Source: Paramecium tetraurelia
Taxonomy: Eukaryota
Assembly (NCBI GenBank): GCA_000165425.1
Contig: CT868629.1
Location: forward strand, 1 to 64,000
Length of the DNA stretch: 64,000 nt
Reading direction: 5' to 3'
How positions within the stretch are numbered: position 1 is the first letter of the stretch; every line of letters starts with the position of its first letter. The translations under genes and the position numbers were made by a program. Positions 53,516 to 64,000 of the stretch are shown here, piece after piece. The notes under the pieces are model-generated. The model did no database searches. It worked only from the letters and a program-made list of their open reading frames with translations, and was not told the origin of the DNA.

Positions 53516-54973
53516 TCATTCCTCTTATTCAAATGAATTATAAAAATTAAAATTTTCCTCAAACTTCTATTGTCTACTTTAGTTTTAACTTCTCTAATAC
53601 TCATTTTCAGTAACCAACTTCTTGTCCTGCTTACGCCAAGCATCACTCTATTTAGCTTGTTGATGTGCATTATTATATTGTGCTTCTTCGAATAATTCCT
53701 ATCTCTTTAGCTATCCCTTCAAATGTTCTAACTCATAAAATGCTTTATTCTTTTATTCTGCACTAATTTGAACTTCAGCCCTTAACTTTCTTAGATCATC
53801 ATTCCACATTTAAGATTGCATCTCAATCTGTTCTCTCAATTTATCAATCCCTTCTTCCTACTCCTTACTCTTAATTCTATTCATCATTTTTAGATCTTCA
53901 AATTCTCTTTGGAATCTCTCCATCAATTGAGGAATTATTGGCTTTTGTTCAAATTAGTGATACTGTTAGGGTTATTAGAAATTCTAAAACTACTATTGTT
54001 GTTAAAGATAATATTGTTATTAGAGTAGATACTGCTACTACATCTATTATTATTCATATTGCATTTGTAATTGTTAGTTATTCTATTAATAGTTATTGTG
54101 TTGAGAGTTGTTTCTAAATGACCTATTGTTTTGTGCATTTCCAGCTGTATTAGGATGATTATAGGTAATATTGATGGGATTCTAATCCTGTAAGGTTCTT
54201 TGGGATTACAACTTTGTAAACGGCGTATGTGGATTAGTCTTATTCTTCAAGTCCTATTCAAATTTATCATCCACATCCTTTATGTTTTCTTTCAAATAGT
54301 TAGGAACAATATTATTGTTTGTCAAATTAGTCTATTATTCATCAAACTCATTAAATATCATTTTAGATTCATCGTACTATTACAACAGATGCCTATTTTT
54401 TACTGTTTTGATTATTTATTTTTTATCCTCGTCCTTAATCACTGAATTTTAATTCATCCCCTCTCTTTCCTTTATGATTCTCTCTTCGTATTGTCGATCC
54501 TCTTCCATCTTTCTCTATCTCTCTTCTTCCTTCTTTCTTTTCTTCTCATCAATTTATTTTTATATTTCTTCAATGTAAGCTTATTTTTATTGTAATTTCT
54601 ATTAGTCTTTGTTATCCTTATACTAAAAAACCTTGGCAAAGAATCCTCCATCTGAATTTTTAATGGCATCATTCTCTAAATTCCTTATAATTTCTTTCCT
54701 CTCCGAAGCAGTTATCTTTTATTACCGATCATCCCTTTACAAATAAACAGGCACCGGCTCTTGATTCAGCAATTTTCTTTCATACTGAATTTATTGGGCC
54801 TTCTCTTACTTCTGTTTTTCTTCCTTTAGCAGTATCTAAAGGATTCAATATTTTATATGACATACTTGTTCCTTTTGTTCTTATACTACTCTTTTTCCAT
54901 TTGATGCTAAGAAATTAGTCTTTCTATTAGCTTCCAAAGAATTGTTATAAAATGGATTGTACTAATTATCCAT
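53516..54973 (-). CDS. Q-rich coiled-coil protein with a CCDC66/CSPP1-like segment
   Basis: QKQAYIEEIQKQIDEKKRKKEEERQRKMEEDRQYEERIIKERE, a poly-Q region encoded by TAA/TAG, and one 5' micro-intron. Confidence 0.7.
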
Positions 54974-55269
54974 TAAATATTAAAGTTTTATTAATATTCT
55001 AAAAAATAGTTTCAAAACTTAATTCTAAAAATCCTGATCCAAAGCCAAACCTCATGATTTTAATTAAAACTTTCTATCTCATGCACAAAATTTAATCAAT
55101 TAAAACACATTCATCCATCATATGGTCCAGATTCATATTATCAAAGAAATGTATCACTTTATTATGATAATAAATACAGCACTGTCTCATTTAAATTTTG
55201 ATAAGAATACTGCCTCATACATTTTAAGAATCTATAGATTAAATACTATTAAATTGTATATAATAAAAT

Positions 55270-56346
55270 TCAATTTTCACTTTCTTTTTATTCACTTTCT
55301 TTGTTTTCACAATTTTCACACTTATCTAATTTTTCTGACTTTTCAGATATATAAAAGAACCCACATTTACATTCTGTATAATTGCAATTACTTTTCTTTA
55401 ATAATAATTTGATTTGAAATTGTTAGAAGATCTCAAAAGTGATTTAATTTTGATCTTCCTTACATTGTTCCAACACACCCTTGATCATTCTTGAATTAAT
55501 CAAAGTATTGCAAGAACAATAAATGCTTGTTTATTGATAATTTGCCTTTACTTTTTGGAGTATGCATTCTTCATGATAATAATGCAAACACTTTGTTAAG
55601 AAATGATTACACTTGATTGTTTATCCACATTCTTAACATGATTATACTAAATCTTCTGCTTCAGAAAGATTTTCATCATTTTCATTTTAATCAGTATCAA
55701 TATGATTTTCCGAATCAAGTTCTTCATTTTGTTTTTAAATCTCCAATTATTACCTTTGTTGTTCTTCCATTTATTCTTTGATTTTCCTCTATTCTTCTTC
55801 ACGCATCTCAGTTTACTATTAAATAAAAGATGTTAGATCAGTAACGAATTTGAATATTTGCTCATTTTCCTTAAACTTTTAATTCTACTAACCTACTATT
55901 GATTACAATTCATTGTTCAATTCATTCACAAGCCCAAAATTAATAGAAGAAGTTTATAGCTAGGGGTAATACTAAAAGGGCTTTAATTCATTTTGCCTTT
56001 ACTATTACTATTCCATTGATAAGCAATAGTTATCAAATTCAACTTGCAATAATTAATATAGCAGCACTTCTTAATTGAAATTATTCATTTATTCATTCAA
56101 TCCATAATATTATTTTTACAAAGCTTCCAAAGAATTGTCACACTTGCTCTTGTTATTTGTTAGTTGTTATTAGTCAATTTTACTTGCTTACTTTTGTAAT
56201 GTATTATAATAATCCTTTATTTCCTTATTTGCTATATTGTAGCAATTATTGTATTTTTTAGCTTGGTCTTGTAATTTTGTAATAATATTTGAAAACCCTG
56301 ATTGGAATTAGTAGAATTTTCCAAGCATTTAAGAATTTTGATTCAT
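55270..56346 (-). CDS. Coiled-coil protein with a RING finger and a C-terminal Cys4 (IBR-like half site), intronless, 358 aa
   Basis: CQEC..KCLHYYHEEC..YCSC followed by ECKCG..KCENC; 1077-nt frame. Confidence 0.82.
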
Positions 56347-57860
56347 AATCTATTTCTATTAAATTAATAAAATATATCAATACAATAGATAATCCTTGAT
56401 TTTATGAATCACAAGTATATTTTATGAACTCTGATTCTTAAATGCTAATTGAACTCAGTGTGAACAAGGGTTTCCCCATCTTGTTATGAAGTTCCCTTGC
56501 TTTTATGTCTAAGCAATAGATATGGTAAATATCAATTTTATAATTAATTTATTATTCAATAAGAGCAATTCGCAGATGAATAAATCTCGTCTTATGATTG
56601 ATTAGGCCATTCTACATTTCCAATTTCTTTATTAAAGACCATTCAAAATATATATATAAAAGAAATAATATGTATTGCCTAAAATTCCATAAAATTCTAC
56701 CTCATCCTCCCTCAATTAATGGGAACCCCATAGTAACAACATACTTTAAGACCCATTCTAAGATTACCGGACATAATTTCTACAAGGTTTCCTATAATCA
56801 AAATCACTTCTTTGTCATTTATAAAATTATATAGATTAAATTATGCATAAAGCGTTGAAAATTTGATAATTGTTTGAAAAAGTATTCGATCATTATTTTA
56901 TTAATTAAGAATTCTTTTGATTTAAGGCATGTATGGATTATAATTTCAGGAAGATATTTTTTGATTATCAGAAGAGACTGAAATAAATTATGAGTAGTGA
57001 GAAAATCTATTGAGTTAATCTCAACACCACCGGTTAAAGGAAAAATGGGTTACTTAAATTAGAATGTAAATCTTCAAATGAGTAATAGGGTACATAAGTT
57101 ATTAATAGAATTTTTGAAAATCAAATGGTAATTAATTCTCAAGGGCTGCTCTTAATTTTACATCCAAGGAGGTTAAAAAGTTTATGGATTCTAAGCACTG
57201 AAAATAATGATAAATTTTCATTAATATTGTCATACCATAATATTGTATTTTTGATTAATTAATTAAAAATATCAAATTTGTTATTTATATAAAATTCCAA
57301 TAAGAAATTTTATATCGAAATCACAATTAATTTACATATATTTGAATTATTGAATATTTTAATAAAAAGAATCTAAAATCAAAATTGTTCTTAATATTAT
57401 ACTAAATAGATGATATAGTTCATAAATGTATTAGATTTCAGTTTTCCAATTGGATCTACAAATTATTATTAATATGCTACGAGGAGGATAAGAATGTCCT
57501 AAAAATAGGATCAACAATTATTAAAATCCTCCATTCTTACACTATGACATTACATTTTTGATAACCATGTTATAAAAGACTGCCATAGTGATTTTGCATA
57601 AAAATAATCAATAATTTGTGAATTGATAAGACTTTAGAGATCAATATTAATGCACTAAAAATTTATCGTTTTTATAAATTTCTAATTTTTTATATATTAG
57701 CTAAGATAATTCATATTTTAAATAAAATAATGTAGATTTGAAATGTTTTTGTGATAGATTTCATTTTTGTTGTGGGAAGGTATGAATAAAGTTAATTTAA
57801 TAGGAGCACTAAACTAAAAATTTAATAAAGAATTGTAATTAATTAAAATAGTAGAAAGTA

Positions 57861-58372
57861 ATGATGATGTAAGAGAATGCAGAAGTATCATCTCAAAATG
57901 GATTGCCTAATAAAATTGGAATCCAAAAAAAGCAAAAAAAGAAAAACGAATATGATTATCATAGAAAAAAAAGAAGGGGCTCTGATGGTACAAGTAACAA
58001 GAAATCTGGTCAAAAGTTTTCACTTGAAGAAGATAAACGTATTTTATAGTTAGTGCATAAAAACGGACCTAAATTTTAGAAGATTCATAGGCACTTTCAC
58101 GGAAAAACATTGGCTATGGTGAAAAATCGATATTATAAATATTTACGCTTTCGATGGGAAATTTTAGGATAGTACTATCTTATTAATTTAGAAATTACAA
58201 ACATTTAAATGTTCCATAGGAATAATTGGAAACCTTGTGTGAGCAACAGAAAAATGTTAGTAATATGTTGAGTGCAGAAAAAGATGATCTCATATCTCAA
58301 ATAACATCACGAACAACATTACTCCAGAATGCTCGAATGTTTGTTGAATATTTGGTTGAATAATTATTATGA
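57861..58372 (+). CDS. Single-repeat Myb/SANT protein
   Basis: KFSLEEDKRILQLVHKNGPKFQKIHRHFHGKTLAMVKNRYYKYLR, a basic NLS-like stretch, and one 20-nt intron. Confidence 0.85.
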
Positions 58373-58867
58373 CTAATGATATTTCAAATTCTTTATCCTA
58401 ATAATTTTTGTATGCTCTAAAAAGTTGCTCATTAATTTTAATTTGCGTTGCCATAAGAGTATTTTACTATTCAAAAACGAAAGTTACATAAGCATTTCAG
58501 ATTTTAATTAAATGATGAATTCAAAAGAGTAATCCTTTTAAATAAGTCATCTTTTGAAATGAATTTAATAGGAAACCACTAAAAACAGACTAAAGAATCT
58601 CAACCATTTAAATTTCAACCCAAAGTATGCCAATATCACTGTTTAATCCTGGGATTTAATTTAAATTGATAAAGAATATAAAACTTAAACTTTTCTATTC
58701 TCAAATTAATACACATAACTTTAATTTGAATAATATATTTGTATATACTCAAAATTATAAAATAGACTAATGTCATTATTGTCACACATAAATTCAGGAT
58801 ATAATTGCAAAAAGTAAAATAATAATCTAGAGACTAGTATCATTTAAATATAATAAATTTTTAACTA

Positions 58868-60658
58868 TCACTACTAACATTAAGGTAAGTATTTAAGTGC
58901 AATTTTAATTGAGTACACTTCATTTGGATCCATTTTTGCTTATGTTGAGAGCTACTAGAAGTCATGAATGTTCACAATTTTAGTATTCCCATTGTGAAAT
59001 TATAATTTTATTGAGTCTGAATTTAGGATATGTTGTATCTAGAATTTTATAATAATTGTACTTTAATTTTTGATTATGCAATATATCCTTCATAGCATTA
59101 CCCTAATTTGGTATTTTTTAAGGCAAAATTGCCATGTTCATTGTTAAGTTTCTATTTCTAGTTTTTTTCTCGAATTGCATTACACACTTATTTAGAATAT
59201 GTATAAAATTTCTATAATTTCTGAGGTAACTCACATAATTAATACTATTTGGCCTTCTAACCCTTTTTTTATACAACGATCTAATAAATATATTAAAATA
59301 AACAAATTACTTCTTATCCATTTTTTTAGATAATAAAATTCAAATCTTTATTACTGACATCCATTTCGAATCGACCATCCTCATGAATTTGTAATAATCC
59401 ATTTTTTGTTTACAATTTACAGGATTTTAAATCGCCTAACTTTATTGGAGATTCATTGAAAATACACAAAGTTGACGAATTCTATTTATTAATTTTAACA
59501 CTATTCTCTCTAATGTTCTCTTTATTGATATTTTCTTTATTGATGTTTTCTTTATTATGATGATTGCAACTTGTATTATTAGAGTGCGATTCCTATGGTA
59601 AAAAGAATCTAGGCACATTATCAAGATGATAATTTTGTTTAAGTGCAATCTTTCCATTGGTTGTCATTCCAAAAAGCAACTTCTTTCCACCCAATAATTG
59701 CTGTTTCTATACGAACTGTGCTACTACTTATTATTTATCCAATCCAATCATAGAACAAGTGGATCTGTGCTATTATTTAACAAATGGACTCAAATCCAAA
59801 AGTTACTTGATCTAAGAGCTGGATTGATTTCTGCTTTGAATTCTTGGAGGGATAGGATCTACAAAAAAGGGATGTTTTATTATTTTTTCAATAGAATATC
59901 TTTAATCAGCATCTAGATTCAACAAGTTCATTATTAAGTCCTTAAAGGTTTCAGTAGAATTTGCAGGTAATTCAAAATCGCCTTATTTAACTTTTCTCAA
60001 AACATCTCCCAAGGCTGCATTCTTTTCTTCAAATGGTCCTCGACCAGTTGCCATTGCAAATAGACAACAACCCATACTCCACAAATCAACCTTTTTCCCA
60101 TATGGTTATTAATTTAAGATTTCCGGACTGATATAATTTGGAGTACCACAAAGGGTGTTTCTTTCTTCTTCGTCATCTGTCAATTTCACAGCCAATCCAA
60201 AATCAGCAATTTTCAGAATATCATTCTAGATTAGAATATTTCCTAATTTAATATCTCTATGAATGATATTGTGAGAATGCAAATACTGCAGACCTTCTGC
60301 CAATTGTTTACCATAAAAACGTATTTGTTATTCATTAAATTACCCTTTCTTAATTAATTAATAAATGTCTTAATCACATAATTCCATTATGAGATAACTG
60401 TTGTCGGCATCCTCAAAAACATCTATCAAATTAACAATGTTTTTATGATGCAATTCAGAATGAATTACTACTTCATTCTATATTTTGTGTGAGTTCGAAG
60501 ATGTTTTCTAAATGATCTTAGCAGCCATTTCCACTTTGGTTAGTCGGTTCACAATCTTGCACACAAAACTACCAGCCCCTCTACCTATTGGGTTCTTTAT
60601 TTGGTAATTCTCACCTAATAGTAATATAAGCACTTACTGCCAAAGAATCGGATTTCAT
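58868..60658 (-). CDS. Polo-like kinase with a PLK4/SAK-type cryptic polo box
   Basis: [13 protein letters not shown] and [12 protein letters not shown] motifs; C-terminal [53 protein letters not shown]; 3 micro-introns. Confidence 0.88.
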
Positions 60659-60979
60659 TATTAACAACTATATTTTTAACAGATTTTAATATTAATTAAC
60701 TAGAATAATTATAAAACTAATTCATATATTAATAATAAATTTTGTTATTATGCAATTAACCTTATTATTATCTTTTTTACAATACTCTTTTTCTAAATTC
60801 CATAACTGTATCTGTACAAATGGTGTCCAAATTCCAAAGCATCAAATAACAATTGAATTAGGTCACTTTAAAGTCAGTTTGAATATGCGTATAATTAATT
60901 TCTTTGTTTTTTATGATAATTAAGTTTATTTTACAAATAACAATATATTCGTTAACTGAGTATTATTATAATTAATAAG

Positions 60980-61732
60980 ATGAATCATATCCCTATTTAT
61001 TAACGTGCCCAACATTTGATGAAGGAAAAACAAGAGAAAATTGCAGAGTATAAACGATAGAAAGAGTTGAATGAAGAATAGGAATGCAGCAAATATTCAT
61101 TTCGACCAAATATCAATAAGGATAGAGATCATCGTACAGTTGATCAATTTCTAGAAGAAGTTGACTATTGGATTGAGAGAAAGAATGAACAAATCCATTA
61201 AATGCAATAAGAAAAGAAGCAGGAAGAATCGAAAGGCTTGACATTCAAACCAAAAATTAATAAGAAATCACAACGAATTATTTCTGATTAGAATTCCTCA
61301 TTACTTCAAAGATGCCAAAAGAGTCAAATTCATAAATAAATTAAAGGACAGCATCATTTGATTGAGGAATTGAAAAAGACACCCTTCTGTCCCTAAATCA
61401 ATTCAAATTCCATTAAATTAGCATGTCAAAGCAAAACACCTGAGCGCTCCATCTCCCCAAATTTGAAATAACAGTACACACCTCGAATCATAGGGAAATC
61501 GACCTCAAGAACACCGTAAAGAACCGAATAACGAATTTCTACATAGACAACTACGCCACTTCGATAGAACTAAAATGTATCATATCATAAGCCAACAAAA
61601 TCAATGGCAAGTACAACAGTCAATTCTAACAATAATAGTAAGAAAGCAGTATTGCCATTATAAAATGTGACAAATCATATGAAATTTATAGTAGATTTAG
61701 TTAATAAGACTCCTCCTAAAGCTTTATTTTGA
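60980..61732 (+). CDS. Protein with FxPxIN repeats (putative microtubule-binding), 250 aa
   Basis: YSFRPNINK, LTFKPKINKKS and TPFCPQINSNS separated by charged helices; S/T/P-rich tail; intronless frame. Confidence 0.7.
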
Positions 61733-61786
61733 TATATCAATTATGTTTTTATATATAGATTATATAAAAGTTAATTCAAAGATTTA

Positions 61787-62764
61787 TCATTTTGAAAATT
61801 TATATATCATAAATCCTACTTTATTTGGATTATCATAATCCCATCCAACCATGATTCCCGAATAAAAGTATAGATTTTCAAAGGTATAATCAACATCGTC
61901 AAGGTGATTGGACTCATAAATTTGAATTCTGGGAAAACAATTAACATAAACGACTTTTTTCTGTTTTGGACAAACACTTCTATAGATATTGAGTATAGAG
62001 ATATTTTCGTCAATAAGAATATTGTGGAATTGATATTCTATGCTAATATTCCTAATGATATGTAATTTGGTTGGAGAAAGTAAATGGATGCACGTCTGCT
62101 ATTGTCCAATAATAATCTTATTCTTAAAATTAAGTAATTCATCGTAACTATTTTTTGGGAACATTTCTTTTAATAATTTTATTCCCTAATCTATCCATCT
62201 CCAAATTTATATTGACTTTTTTTCTTTATTTGAAACTAGAAATCTAAATGAGCTCAGGGGTGTAAAATTCTCCTATTGAAATTAAAGCTCTATTTTTTAT
62301 ATAAGTGCGCCATTTACTAAACTGTGAATTTAGATCAGTCTCTCTACAATAATAAACACCAAAGCTGAGTGAATCATTAATTTATCTATTACTTAGTGTC
62401 CAGGCAAACTAACCGTAAAGCTTTCCTTTTATTTTTCTAATTGGACGATTGTCATTTCACAATTGCAATTAAAACTTACAAAATATTTGGAACACTCAGA
62501 AAAACCGCACATGAATTAGGATATAGGAGAACATAATATTATTTGATATGTTTTAACGCACTTTCTTTCCTCCAAACTCCAAATTTGATAATAGTAATGG
62601 TAATTTTGTTTCGATACATTCTCGTAACATCCCCTAACACTAATTGCAACAAATCTTTAATCCTTTGATACTAGACACCTTTTTACAAAAGCCTTATTGA
62701 AATTGAACTATTCCAATTAAAAATGGTATTTTTCAACCAAGCATTAATATCTTTAATCCTGCAT
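61787..62764 (-). CDS. Hypothetical beta-rich (propeller-like) protein
   Basis: Coding-like frame with YQIWSLEERKCVKTY, WD40-like strands, and a stop at 61787; 5' splicing and frame are uncertain. Confidence 0.5.
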
Positions 62765-63288
62765 TTCAATTTTATATCAAAGAAATTATAATAATATATA
62801 TTAATATATATAGTATTTTATATTTTTAAAAACAAACTTATTGGTCAGCTTATTTGCAATTATTAATTTAATTCAAATTTTGATAATCAAATAATTATGA
62901 AATTGGGGTCTATTATTATTTAAAGGATTAAATTTTAATATACGAAATCTTAGAATCGCAATAATGAATCTAAAAAGTAATAGATTAACATTTTAATGTA
63001 TCTTATTCCACTGCAATACCTTGAGAATGATGAACCTATCTTTTTGAGTAAAACTTAATGTTATAAAAACTAAGATTTCTTTATGAATTTGTTTATCATT
63101 GAAATAAATATAAGGCAACTCTATCTTTGTAATCGACAATAGATAAAACCAAAACAACAAAATTTTCATCTATATTTTTCGAAGAAACAAAGTTGCTTGT
63201 TGTTTTGTGTTAAACTAAAATTTATCAAATAGATTAAGCAAATATCAGTATATTAATAGATTGACATATTATAATTCTTTGTTACTAA

Positions 63289-64000
63289 TCACACATATGG
63301 AAATATCATTGGAGAAAAGGAAGGAGTTTAGGGTCCTCCTATGTCTTTTAATTACAGGATTATATTAGATGCTATTTCAAATTGGAAGCCTTTGAATATT
63401 TCGAACATTGATGTGAAATACACTACCAGTTTTGTTTCCTATTCTCTTTCTAGATTGAACTTCTTTTGCTCATCGCAAATCTTTTTTATGTTTTTGCAGA
63501 TGTAAGTCTATATAATTGAATGAATTCTAATTTGTTTTAGTATAGAATTTTATTGAATTTATAAGGTTTCTAATTCTTCTTTTAACTGTTTCATTTCTTC
63601 CCTCATAATAGCAATCGAATCCTTTTCTTTGTCTAGATGGGCTATGCTGCGTGTTCTCTGCCTTTCTACCTTGTAGAGAGAGGATCTTTAAAATTAATAA
63701 GTATGGAATACATATTTCCCTAGATAAACCATTTATGTGAAAACATTTTTTAATTAATTTTTAAACTCCTCATCTTAAACCCATAGGAATTTAGTTATCG
63801 ATAGAGTGACTTTATTTGTGTTGAATAAAAATATTCTGGCATAATTGACTTCTAAAATTCTTCAGGATCAACAATTATAAAAGCCCTTCCATTATCTGTC
63901 CATCTAATACAATCAAATTTTTCTGACTATGTGTTAGGTTAATTAAGGTTACCTGTAAAATTTCATACAAATTTTTTATTAATATTTTAGGTTTCCCCAT
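63289..64000 (-). CDS. HSF-type DNA-binding domain transcription factor
   Basis: MGKPKILIKNLYEILQ|SEKFDCIRWTDNGRAFIIVDPEEFQKSIMPEYF..SLYRQLNSYGF..FSHKWF followed by a coiled coil. The ATG is at the window edge and may not be the true start. Confidence 0.9.

Noticed and set aside
53930..54200. TAA/TAG/CAA-rich triplet tract as a microsatellite or stop-codon array
   Set aside because: It is a poly-Gln coding region under the ciliate code.

Overview
This is an AT-rich ciliate macronuclear chromosome end, almost certainly Paramecium. The evidence is mixed CCCCAA/CCCAAA telomeric repeats at 1-231, TAA/TAG read as Gln with TGA the only stop (code 6), GT..AG introns of about 20-32 nt, and intergenic gaps often under 60 nt. 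The supplied ORF track uses the standard code and so fragments every gene; the calls here come from manual code-6 translation with intron removal, so some boundaries are approximate. About 30 genes can be supported: a subtelomeric TPR array, three Myb proteins, bZIP and HSF factors, an intronless ABCC transporter, a PCD-like protein, an atypical Rab, four protein kinases (PH-CaMK-like, non-RD CAMK-like, MAK/ICK, PLK4-like), choline kinase, DAG kinase, an acyltransferase, an OSCA/TMC-like membrane protein, two tandem histidine-kinase-like membrane proteins, a double-CNBD protein, an AMP deaminase homologue, SF-assemblin, NUDCD2, a dynein LC4-like EF-hand protein, and SAXO-like, CCDC66-like and RING proteins. 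The most striking structure is the TPR gene, in which each 34-aa repeat is one 102-nt exon flanked by phase-1 micro-introns (19 consecutive introns). Other highlights are the PLK4-like kinase with a cryptic polo box, an AMP deaminase lacking its catalytic Glu, a Rab with Q-to-S in switch II, no C-terminal Cys and an N-terminal MCC, and a 13-nt gap between two tandem genes. There are three assembly gaps (N runs).
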